Virus record (IMG/VR): IMGVR_UViG_3300021400_000026
Reading direction: 5' to 3' (one strand)
DNA from: a virus
DNA: 64,000 nt
Shown in pieces: positions 51,854-59,196 of the stretch. A model generated the notes under the pieces. It did no database searches. It saw only the letters and a list, made by a program, of their open reading frames with translations, and was not told the DNA's origin. A program made the translations under genes and the position numbers. Each line of letters starts with the position of its first letter. The first letter of the stretch is position 1.

Positions 51854-52479
51854 CCTCGAATGGTGATGTGTGGGTTAATGCGAACAACTGACTTGCGGAA
51901 CCCGCTGGGGAAGTCTTTATCTGGAATCTGGAACGTCACCTTTACCATGAGCGTGCCAATGCCATAGTCGTCGGTGTTGATGATAACCACGTAGTCGCCT
52001 TCGTCGGTCAGTATGCACTCCGTCTTCTTGAACGTCTTCCTCTTGTCCTTGGCGTCGGCATTGACCACTTCCACGGTGAAGTCCACATCTTGCATGGTGA
52101 GGTCGTCCGGCAGTTCCGACGTGATGAGTATCTTCTCTTGCGAGCCGAGCGTGACGGTCTGCTGCCTAATCCCGCAAGGCTCAGAAGTCAGCCGCATGTA
52201 CGGCTTGATGAGCATGTCGAAAGCGTAAGGCACACTACTCAGGTTCTGAGCCGACGAAGGCTCACGGTGCTGGTACGATTGTCCCACCAGCAGCATAGCG
52301 GCCTGAACCAGCGGGGCCGGCACTTCGCCGTAACTTTCCAGCAGATCATGGTAGTTGCGGTTCAGCAGGTTCAGCAAGGTGTCCTCTGCGGCCTTGCCAT
52401 ACTCGTCGAGTAAGGTGTCCTCTTCGCTCCAGTCTATACGAAGCTGCTGCTTGATGTAATCCAATGTGAGAAATTTCAT
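51850..52479 (-). CDS. gp6-like head-tail connector protein with C-terminal extension
   Basis: Trimmed to MKFLTLDYIKQQLRIDWSEEDTLLDEYGKAAEDTLLNLLNR..APLVQAAMLLVGQSYQHRE, which follows the Phage_connect_1 pattern. Confidence 0.65.
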   Translation of the reverse strand: MKFLTLDYIKQQLRIDWSEEDTLLDEYGKAAEDTLLNLLNRNYHDLLESYGEVPAPLVQAAMLLVGQSYQHREPSSAQNLSSVPYAFDMLIKPYMRLTSEPCGIRQQTVTLGSQEKILITSELPDDLTMQDVDFTVEVVNADAKDKRKTFKKTECILTDEGDYVVIINTDDYGIGTLMVKVTFQIPDKDFPSGFRKSVVRINPHITIRG

Positions 52480-52552
52480 ATTTCTGCCTTTTTTACTTAG
52501 CGGCAGAAATACGTCTTGGGGTTTACCGCCTGCCGACAACTGGGGCAAGCGC

Positions 52553-52578
52553 AAAAAAATGGGCGACCGCTGTCGCCC
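52553..52578 (-). terminator. intrinsic terminator after the endolysin gene
   Basis: GGGCGAC-AGCG-GTCGCCC followed by ATTTTTTT on the minus strand. Confidence 0.7.
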
Positions 52579-52663
52579 TACACTCTTTTACTAAATGAAT
52601 AACTAACTACTAAAACAATTAATGATTTTATGAAAAAACTACTGACTTTTGCCCGTCGCGGGT

Positions 52664-53107
52664 TTATCGTTTTAAAAGATTGTCGATAACTTGTCTGCGG
52701 TTTCGCCCATAAGGTGGAGCGACATACGAGACGTGAATCCAGTACGTGCCGTTGCGGTCGTGCTCCCAGATGAGTTGGTCGAAGTTCAAATGCGTCTTGA
52801 TCCAGTCAAACCACTTGCGGCCTTTCTTCATATCGCCGTCGATGCAAAGGTCTGCCGCCTGCCCTTTCGTGTGCTGACTGTTCGAGACACCGCCAACGGC
52901 TCTGTTCAGCCGCTCGCAACGGTAGCCGCTGCTGATCCTGATGGGCTCGTTCATCGCCTCGCGGAGCGGTTCAAGCACGTAGGCAGCGAGATACACCAGA
53001 CAGATGATTTGCTGTACGTTCGGTTTGTTGTCAATTCCCTTCGCCTTGGCGGTCGCGCTGGCGTAGAGCTCTTCAATCGTAAAGTGCATGGTTACGGGTG
53101 TGGACAT
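52664..53107 (-). CDS. endolysin, Peptidase_M15 (D-Ala-D-Ala carboxypeptidase-like) family
   Basis: FTIEELYAS....KGIDN.P.......L......LEPLREAMNEPIRISSGYRCERLNRAVGGVSNSQHTKGQAADL is the M15_3/M15_4 zinc-peptidase signature (SxHxxGxAxD). Confidence 0.85.
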   Translation of the reverse strand: MSTPVTMHFTIEELYASATAKAKGIDNKPNVQQIICLVYLAAYVLEPLREAMNEPIRISSGYRCERLNRAVGGVSNSQHTKGQAADLCIDGDMKKGRKWFDWIKTHLNFDQLIWEHDRNGTYWIHVSYVAPPYGRNRRQVIDNLLKR

Positions 53108-53160
53108 ATATTTATGTTCTTATTATCCAAAAACGTTATTCTGTTACTATGTCTTTTTAT

Positions 53161-53706
53161 CTAAATCTCATTATCAGGCTCGATGTCATGCTGCTTCGCC
53201 TCTGGGCGGATGGTGTTCTCAATCTCCCCGCTTGGCGAGATGGTTACGGGTACACGGATGGCGCAGCCGTTCCGTCCACACAGGAAAGGGCGCATAAAGG
53301 CAACCATTCGGCTGTTACGTGCCACCTCGAACTGCAAGTCCCTCATCGCCTTCTCCAGCTTGTCCTGACGTTTGCGCAGGTCGTCACGCTCCTGGCGTAA
53401 GTGTTGGCGGTCTTCTTTCAGCTCGGCGATGTACTGCTTCTGCTCGTCGTTGTACTGCTGTTGCGTTTCGAGGTTCGCCTTCAGGTCGGCTGTCAGCTGC
53501 TGATAACTGTCCTGAATCTCCTTTGTCAACTGGGCGTTGGCCTGCATCGCCTCGAACTTTGCCTTTTCCGCCTCGGCTTCTGCTGCCTTGGCTTCCGACT
53601 TGGCCTTCTTTCGCTGGTATCTCCATGTGAAGAATGCCCCGCCACCGCCACCCAGTAGAAGGGTCACGATAGCAATGATGTTGTCGATAGATAGGATGTC
53701 TGTCAT
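53161..53706 (-). CDS. type-II membrane coiled-coil protein (holin/spanin-region candidate)
   Basis: Trimmed to MTDILSIDN. A transmembrane segment (IIAIVTLLLGGGGGAFFTW) is followed by a long coiled coil. The gene lies directly upstream of the endolysin. Confidence 0.4.
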   Translation of the reverse strand: MTDILSIDNIIAIVTLLLGGGGGAFFTWRYQRKKAKSEAKAAEAEAEKAKFEAMQANAQLTKEIQDSYQQLTADLKANLETQQQYNDEQKQYIAELKEDRQHLRQERDDLRKRQDKLEKAMRDLQFEVARNSRMVAFMRPFLCGRNGCAIRVPVTISPSGEIENTIRPEAKQHDIEPDNEI

Positions 53707-53771
53707 TTCTTGATGATTTATAAACTTACAAATCATGAGAAACGACGCTATGGGTTTACTCTGTGCTTTTC

Positions 53772-53822
53772 AAAAAAAATCCCCGAAGGCAAGAAAATGA
53801 AGTATTCGAACTGCCTTCGGGG
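53772..53822 (-). terminator. intrinsic terminator
   Basis: An 11-bp stem, CCCCGAAGGCA/TGCCTTCGGGG, is followed by ATTTTTTTT on the minus strand. Confidence 0.7.
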
Positions 53823-53827
53823 TGCTC

Positions 53828-53892
53828 TCAATCAAGTGGACAGGTCGCGTGATTCGCTAAACGATTGATCATGGACCTGTCCACTTGATTGA
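53828..53892 (-). ncRNA. conserved long hairpin element, copy 1 (19-bp stem, 27-nt loop)
   Basis: TCAATCAAGTGGACAGGTC ... GACCTGTCCACTTGATTGA. The loop shares GCGTGATTCGCT and ATCATG with copy 2 at 56057..56119. Confidence 0.5.
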
Positions 53893-53894
53893 GT

Positions 53895-54230
53895 TTATTT
53901 AAATAGTTGTGTAAAATATTCCATATTGACGGCCTTGCGAAGCAGGAATGGAATCTTCAGGCGCATGATGTTTTCAAGGTCTGTGGTGTCAGCATCGCCT
54001 TCATTCCAATGTTCCAACTCCTTGCGGACACGCTTCATGAGATATTCCGTAAGCAGTTCACTCTTTTGGTTGATGTTGCGGTCGATGTCCGTCTTTGCGA
54101 TTTCGATGGGGAAAACCATATGCGCATATCGCTCATACCTGCCTACCTTGAAGCCTACGCCAATGGCCGCGTTGGTCATTTCGGTGTCTACCGTCTTAGC
54201 CACGCAGCCTATTATCTTTGCTTTTCTCAT
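53895..54230 (-). CDS. hypothetical protein
   Basis: ORF-track ORF with the AAAGGAACTATG leader. Confidence 0.55.
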   Translation of the reverse strand: MRKAKIIGCVAKTVDTEMTNAAIGVGFKVGRYERYAHMVFPIEIAKTDIDRNINQKSELLTEYLMKRVRKELEHWNEGDADTTDLENIMRLKIPFLLRKAVNMEYFTQLFK

Positions 54231-54261
54231 AGTTCCTTTTATTTAATTCAAAAATCAATAG

Positions 54262-54450
54262 TTAATAATCAAAGCATCCGCTTTTTTCTGCATTACTGAG
54301 TAATTCATTGGCGATGTTGTTAGCATCTTCTGCCAGTTGTTTCTGAGCGGTTCGGTTGCCAATAATGCCGTCCGACTGCTCATCGTAGCACTTCACGAGT
54401 GCTGCACCGATATGTATCAGTGCTTCCTTCATAAATAATGTCTTTTCCAT
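54262..54450 (-). CDS. hypothetical small protein
   Basis: ORF-track ORF. Confidence 0.45.
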   Translation of the reverse strand: MEKTLFMKEALIHIGAALVKCYDEQSDGIIGNRTAQKQLAEDANNIANELLSNAEKSGCFDY

Positions 54451-54556
54451 AATTCCTTTTTAATACTTTATAAACAAAGTGAGCAACCGATTTGTTCAGT
54501 TGCTCACTTCATTGGGTTAATGTTCTCTCGATGTCTTTACGATGTCAGCCTTAATT

Positions 54557-54970
54557 TTATATAATACCAGATTGCTTCATGCGTCGGTATAATGTCCTTT
54601 CAGAAACGCTCATTATTTTTTCGAGTTCATTCTTTTCGTACTCTAATATAGGCAACCTATGCTCTTCTTCTTCGATGTATTCCTCGATGGTTTCTTCCTT
54701 TGAGGTCGGTACCGGCTTTGGTGTCAGGCGTTTCAACGGTGCCAGGTCTGTGAGTCCTGGGTCGATGATGTCAACAGTCATGCCGAGTGCTTCGGCTATC
54801 TGCTGGATGGTGACGTAGGCCACGCTCACCAGTTTGCCCTTCTCGATGCGCCCGATGTGCTGGCGGGTCAGTCCGGCACGGTCAGCCAGTTCCTGTTGGC
54901 TGATGCCCTCCAGTTTGCGCAGGGCAGTGATACGCTGCCCCATGCGCTGTGCTGCTTGTTCTTTACTCAT
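54557..54970 (-). CDS. XRE-family HTH regulator (paralog 2 of 3) with C-terminal extension
   Basis: MGQRITALRKLEGISQQELADRAGLTRQHIGRIEKG, plus the shared AEALGMTVDIIDPGLTDLAPLKRLT block. A second HTH-like tail is present (MSVSERTLYRRMKQSG). Confidence 0.8.
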   Translation of the reverse strand: MSKEQAAQRMGQRITALRKLEGISQQELADRAGLTRQHIGRIEKGKLVSVAYVTIQQIAEALGMTVDIIDPGLTDLAPLKRLTPKPVPTSKEETIEEYIEEEEHRLPILEYEKNELEKIMSVSERTLYRRMKQSGII

Positions 54971-55284
54971 AGTTCTAATACGATGATGTTACCTTTCATT
55001 TCGGGTTTGTTCTCCAGTAGGATGTCCGTGTATATCTTGCACTGCTCACGGGTGCCTTCAAAGAGTGATTCCTGTGTCGAGCCGTTCACTATCGGATAGA
55101 CGGCCATATAACCGAGCCTGCGGTGCTCGTCGCTTATCATGTCCTTGACCTTTGCCAGCATATCGTGGAACGTCTGCCACTCGTCAGCGTTCTTCACGCT
55201 TTCCTTGCAACAATCCAGCAGCGAGTCACGTAGCGTCGTGAGCCGGTCGAGCTTGCTTATGTTCTTTATATTTGTCATAGCCAT
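54967..55284 (-). CDS. hypothetical protein
   Basis: ORF 54967..55329 was trimmed to MAMTNIKNI, just downstream of the upstream stop. Confidence 0.5.
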   Translation of the reverse strand: MAMTNIKNISKLDRLTTLRDSLLDCCKESVKNADEWQTFHDMLAKVKDMISDEHRRLGYMAVYPIVNGSTQESLFEGTREQCKIYTDILLENKPEMKGNIIVLEL

Positions 55285-55286
55285 TA

Positions 55287-55553
55287 TCAGACAGATTGTT
55301 TGTTTACCGCTTCCAATTTTGCCTGCCATGCGCTGGCTGCTTCACCAACCTTTACGAGTTGGCATCCGTCAGCGTCAGTTTCGCGTCCCAATCGCTTATA
55401 TTCACGTTGAATCACATCAAGACACGCTTGCATCTGTGCCTCAGTGCCTACAGAGGCACCCTTTAGATTTTTCACCCAATTACGGGTATTCCCGTTCTGC
55501 CTGATTTTCATGTAACGTCCATCAGCTCTCTTGATTGAAAAATAAGTATTCAT
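55287..55553 (-). CDS. hypothetical protein
   Basis: ORF-track ORF with the AAGGAACTATG leader. Confidence 0.5.
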   Translation of the reverse strand: MNTYFSIKRADGRYMKIRQNGNTRNWVKNLKGASVGTEAQMQACLDVIQREYKRLGRETDADGCQLVKVGEAASAWQAKLEAVNKQSV

Positions 55554-55571
55554 AGTTCCTTATGCTTTTAG

Positions 55572-55856
55572 TTATAATTGTTCAACCTTTGAACCTTCAA
55601 CCCATTCACTATCAAAGCGGTTGTCTTGATCAATCATTTCTTCAGTCGGTACACCGCTGAATGTCTCAGTATTCGGGTCGATGAAGTGAGGCACCACGTT
55701 CCAACGGGTAGTGATTTCGTCAAACATCGTCTTGGCACTCATGTTCTGCTTGCAGAAGTAGAAATTCAAAAAGTTATGGATAGCGTTTGCTGTATCTTCG
55801 TTGATGTCTTCATTGAAGGTTACCTTGTAGCCATTTTCAAGATCAATCTGTTTCAT
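55572..55856 (-). CDS. hypothetical protein (first gene after promoter 55916..55947)
   Basis: ORF-track ORF. Confidence 0.55.
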   Translation of the reverse strand: MKQIDLENGYKVTFNEDINEDTANAIHNFLNFYFCKQNMSAKTMFDEITTRWNVVPHFIDPNTETFSGVPTEEMIDQDNRFDSEWVEGSKVEQL

Positions 55857-55915
55857 AATCTCTCTGCCCTTCCGGGTCTTGGGGTTTAATTTGTTATTTG
55901 TTTCTTTTTCTGATG

Positions 55916-55947
55916 CAAAGATACGACAATTATTCTAAATGCACAAG
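55916..55947 (-). promoter_or_regulatory. Bacteroidetes-type promoter (-7 box TATCTTTG)
   Basis: The reverse complement of CAAAGATA at 55916-55923, with a weaker -33-like CTTG 20 nt upstream. The local sequence GATGCAAAGATACGA is the same as at 7506. Confidence 0.55.
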
Positions 55948-56056
55948 TTTTTGTGCATTTATTTTGCGTTTAAGCATACCTTTTTATGCTTTTTCTTGCC
56001 ATTTTGCATAAGATGACACCAAATTGTAACCTTAAATATTACAAAACAGCCCCCCA

Positions 56057-56119
56057 AATCAAGGGGACAGGTCGCGTGATTCGCTCGAAATGAGCAATCA
56101 TGAACCTGTCCCCTTGATT
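56057..56119 (-). ncRNA. conserved long hairpin element, copy 2
   Basis: AATCAAGGGGACAGGT ... ACCTGTCCCCTTGATT. Relative to copy 1, a T-to-G change in the left arm is matched by an A-to-C change in the right arm. The right arm overlaps the 3' end of CDS 56098..56286. Confidence 0.5.
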
Positions 56120-56286
56120 CTCCTTATGTTCTTATTATCTAAAAATTTTTGTGCCATACGTTGCAATTCCTCACATGTCATACTGCTTATCTTTTCTAAG
56201 TCGAGACCTTCTGATTCCGTAAATTGATCAAACTCGTCTCTCGATTTGAATGGCAGTATGCAATATTGTTTATTCATCATTTTCAT
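56098..56286 (-). CDS. hypothetical small protein
   Basis: ORF-track ORF whose start is preceded by AAGATAATAAGAACATAAGATA. Confidence 0.5.
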   Translation of the reverse strand: MKMMNKQYCILPFKSRDEFDQFTESEGLDLEKISSMTCEELQRMAQKFLDNKNIRRIKGTGS

Positions 56287-56314
56287 TATCTTATGTTCTT
56301 ATTATCTTAAAACA

Positions 56315-56722
56315 TCATCTTACCGGCAGAAATTTCTTCAGCTTCCACGCCACGATGACGATGACCACCATCAGTGCGATAATACCGATCCAAATCAGCA
56401 CCTTCTGCCACCACCCCAGCGGCTTCTCCACATACTCCGTCACTGGGTAAGGCTGCGGAATGGTGTCGCGCACAGACTGGTAGAGCGTGTCGTGAACCTC
56501 GCGCTCCACAAACTTCGTGTGCCACTTCTCTATGCGGATGGTGTCGCCATTCTCACTCATGCGGATTGAGTCGTGCAACCATATCGAGTCGCGCTGGTGC
56601 TTCGCCACATACGTCGTGTCGTGCGTCACCCGCTCCACCGTGATATACTCGGTTTTCGTGCATCCGCACACCACCGCCGTCACCACCACCGCAAAAAACA
56701 TATTTATTGTCTTTGACCTCAT
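56315..56722 (-). CDS. lipoprotein with C-terminal transmembrane anchor (unimolecular-spanin-like architecture)
   Basis: An N-terminal signal peptide plus lipobox (AVVCGC) is combined with a C-terminal transmembrane segment (VLIWIGIIALMVVIVIVAW). Confidence 0.45.
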   Translation of the reverse strand: MRSKTINMFFAVVVTAVVCGCTKTEYITVERVTHDTTYVAKHQRDSIWLHDSIRMSENGDTIRIEKWHTKFVEREVHDTLYQSVRDTIPQPYPVTEYVEKPLGWWQKVLIWIGIIALMVVIVIVAWKLKKFLPVR

Positions 56723-56735
56723 AATCTTTTGTTCT

Positions 56736-56885
56736 TTAAATACTAAATTTGAATCTTAACGAACTAAATAGCCAATGAAATGCTATAAAATAAGTTCTTT
56801 CATTTGATAGTTTAATACTATAAAAAGAGATTGTTGGTATAATTATAAACAGAGGTTTCCAATTATCGTATTTAATATTATCCAT
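56736..56885 (-). CDS. 49-aa hydrophobic ORF in a roughly 25% GC islet (below the ORF-track cut-off)
   Basis: Manual translation gives MDNIKYDNWKPLFIIIPTISFYSIKLSNERTYFIAFHWLFSSLRFKFSI*, preceded by GATAATAAGAACAAAAGGACAAAAGAGT. Confidence 0.3.
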   Translation of the reverse strand: MDNIKYDNWKPLFIIIPTISFYSIKLSNERTYFIAFHWLFSSLRFKFSI

Positions 56886-56932
56886 ACTCTTTTGTCCTTT
56901 TGTTCTTATTATCTAAAAAAAACGTTATTATG

Positions 56933-57388
56933 TTACTCTGTCTTTCCATCCGCCCACGACAACCCATGCTTTGCCAGCAGATCGTCGAGGCACTCCATCG
57001 ACTTCTTTCCTGAATCACGGAATTTCAGCCAGTCCATCCTACTGAGCTTCGTTAGGTCGCGCAGCGTCTCGATACCCTCACGTTTGCAGATTTTGTAAGC
57101 ACGAATACTTAAGTCAGCCTTGCACTCCTCGATGGTCATATCCAGAAACGGATTGCAAACCGTCTCATCCTGTTCCTCGTCCTGAACCTCGTCAATATAC
57201 AAGCCGATACGGTCAGGCCGCGTGCCGTCGATCACTCTGAGGCGCACTGTGTAAGTGTATTCCTCCTCATTATCATCCCCGTAGTGCAGCACCACCATGT
57301 CGCCAACGGCTGGCACCACACCACTCCAGTTCGGCCACTGCTTGATAAACTCGCCCGTGTCGTTCTTATAAAAGCTAATCTGTGTCAT
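56933..57388 (-). CDS. protein with C-terminal RNA polymerase alpha-CTD-like domain
   Basis: DLSIRAYKICKREGIETLRDLTKLSRMDWLKFRDSGKKSMECLDDLLAKHGLSW aligns position by position with E. coli alpha-CTD ([55 protein letters not shown]). Confidence 0.65.
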   Translation of the reverse strand: MTQISFYKNDTGEFIKQWPNWSGVVPAVGDMVVLHYGDDNEEEYTYTVRLRVIDGTRPDRIGLYIDEVQDEEQDETVCNPFLDMTIEECKADLSIRAYKICKREGIETLRDLTKLSRMDWLKFRDSGKKSMECLDDLLAKHGLSWADGKTE

Positions 57389-57400
57389 AGTTCCTTTGTT

Positions 57401-57574
57401 TTATAATTCAAATGCAACACTATACTGCCAGAACAGCCAACTGACGGCCATATACACATGCTCACTGCTCCACCCAATCTCTATAGATGGAAGGATGAAA
57501 AACAATCGCCCGTCGCGCTTGTTTCCGAAAAAACTCAAATATTCGGTATACATATTTCCCCATTTCTTGATCAT
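57401..57574 (-). CDS. 57-aa ORF (below the ORF-track cut-off)
   Basis: Manual translation gives MIKKWGNMYTEYLSFFGNKRDGRLFFILPSIEIGWSSEHVYMAVSWLFWQYSVAFEL*. The ATG is in the CAAGAACTATG context. Confidence 0.35.
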   Translation of the reverse strand: MIKKWGNMYTEYLSFFGNKRDGRLFFILPSIEIGWSSEHVYMAVSWLFWQYSVAFEL

Positions 57575-57669
57575 AGTTCTTGATGTTTTAATTTATTACT
57601 TAAACTGCCTTGCTTGCAGTTTCCTTTTGATTGCCCCGACCTGTCCCATTGATTGTGTGATGGGTAGGG

Positions 57670-58194
57670 TTACAATTTCGATTTTGTATAACTCCATCCC
57701 ATTTTCTTAGACAGAGTTTGCCATTGTATATGAGTCGCTTCGTCCATACTGACATTTTTCCCTGACTTAACAAGTTTGTCTATTTTCTTTATTGCCGATT
57801 CACTTGTTTTGTTATTGATGTCGTGAAGTTGCGATGCTTTTATTCCCCATCCTTTTTGTGGTCGTTTCAAAGAATAGACGATTCCACTCTGGGTGATAAC
57901 GTGCATTTCGGACTGATTGGTTGATATTGCGGTTTCAATATCCCCATAAGAAAAAGTCGAACTTCCGGGATGATTGTGAACAGTTACACGATTTGCCGCC
58001 AAAGCGTCATCAAATTCCACATGCTTATCATCACCGTCAGCACGAAAAACTTCTTTTCCGTTCTTATCGAAAATAGAAACATGTTCATCGTAGCTGTTTT
58101 GTATTTCTTTCATTCGAGCTGACAAAGCCCTTTCAAGTCCACGTGAACCACTTCCCATGCCTCCGGCTGCTCCGCCTCCTGCTCTACCTCCCAT
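57670..58194 (-). CDS. protein with a JAB/MPN-like HNHP...SxxD motif
   Basis: VTVHNHPGSSTFSYGDIE resembles the RadC/JAMM HxHx6-7SxxD motif. The N-terminus is Gly-rich. Confidence 0.35.
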   Translation of the reverse strand: MGGRAGGGAAGGMGSGSRGLERALSARMKEIQNSYDEHVSIFDKNGKEVFRADGDDKHVEFDDALAANRVTVHNHPGSSTFSYGDIETAISTNQSEMHVITQSGIVYSLKRPQKGWGIKASQLHDINNKTSESAIKKIDKLVKSGKNVSMDEATHIQWQTLSKKMGWSYTKSKL

Positions 58195-58295
58195 ATCTAT
58201 ATACTTTTAATTGATTAAACTTACTACAATACGGCTGCAAAACCGCTGAGGGTTTACCATCCGTGTAATCCGTGTAATCCGTGTTTGTTTTTGGT

Positions 58296-58844
58296 TTACT
58301 TAAACTGTCTTGCTTGCATCTTGCGCTTGATGGCTTCGGCACGGAGGCGTTCCATGCCCTGCTGGAACTTCGCCACGGCCTTGTCGCGGTATTCGTGCAG
58401 GGGGTTGAGGGTGGGCATCATGGTGCCGTCCCGGCGGGGAATCGTAAAAGTGTCCTGATAGCCGGGCTGGTTCATTTGTTCGGTCAGGCGGTCGATGAAC
58501 GTTTTCTGCTGGGCGAGTTCGTCGAGGTCGAGGGCGAGGGAGTCGGTCCAGAGGTTGTCGGCCTGGAGGGTGCGGCGTATCTGGTCGCGGTTCTGCTCGG
58601 TCTGCTGGCGGCGGCGGTCGGCTTCCTCGGCCTCGGTCTTGGGGTCGCGCTGCTGCTGCATCTGGAGGTTGAGCACGAAGGCGACGGCTTGCAGATCACC
58701 ACTGAGAGCCTTTTGTACGATGGTCATGCCGATGGCGGCTTCGGATGTAACGATGTTGCCGTCTTCGTCGGTCATGTACTCCTGGGTGCCCTTGCGCTTC
58801 ACGGGGGCAGAGAGTTGCTTGATGATGGTGTCCTTTAAGTCCAT
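58296..58844 (-). CDS. hypothetical helical protein
   Basis: 182-aa ORF. TIVQKALSGDLQAVAFVLNL only faintly recalls small-terminase helices. Confidence 0.5.
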   Translation of the reverse strand: MDLKDTIIKQLSAPVKRKGTQEYMTDEDGNIVTSEAAIGMTIVQKALSGDLQAVAFVLNLQMQQQRDPKTEAEEADRRRQQTEQNRDQIRRTLQADNLWTDSLALDLDELAQQKTFIDRLTEQMNQPGYQDTFTIPRRDGTMMPTLNPLHEYRDKAVAKFQQGMERLRAEAIKRKMQARQFK

Positions 58845-58854
58845 AGTTCGCTTG

Positions 58855-58898
58855 ATAAAAATGATAAGAGAGGCCGCTGCGTTGCGGTCTCTCTTATC
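58855..58898 (-). terminator. intrinsic terminator
   Basis: GATAAGAGAG-N16-CTCTCTTATC followed by ATTTTTAT on the minus strand. Confidence 0.7.
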
Positions 58899-58919
58899 GG
58901 TGGGGATGGTGGCGGGGGT

Positions 58920-59192
58920 TTACTCCGTCAGACGTTTCAGCAGTGCGAGGTCTTGCAAGGCTGGGTCGATGATGTCAACCGTCATGCCGAGGGCTTCGGC
59001 GATGGCTTGCAGCGTCTCGATGTTCAGCGAGTATCTGCCTTTCTCTATCCGCGATATGTGGGTACGTTGCAACCCTGCTTTCTCCGACAACTGCTCTTGG
59101 CTCAGTCCGGCATTCTTGCGCAATGCTGCGACACGCATTCCGATGCGCTGGCGTACTTCTTTGCGCTTCACGTTTTTTTCTTCTGTCTCCAT
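58920..59192 (-). CDS. XRE-family HTH regulator (paralog 3 of 3)
   Basis: IGMRVAALRKNAGLSQEQLSEKAGLQRTHISRIEKG. The DNA at 58927-59027 is about 96% identical to 6062-6162. Confidence 0.85.
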   Translation of the reverse strand: METEEKNVKRKEVRQRIGMRVAALRKNAGLSQEQLSEKAGLQRTHISRIEKGRYSLNIETLQAIAEALGMTVDIIDPALQDLALLKRLTE

Positions 59193-59196
59193 GCTG

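Noticed and set aside
58296-58844. Second small terminase subunit
   Set aside because: Only a short helical segment (TIVQKALSGDLQAVAFVLNL) resembles TerS proteins. There is no N-terminal HTH, it is not adjacent to terL, and a much better P27-type TerS sits at 10651..11013.
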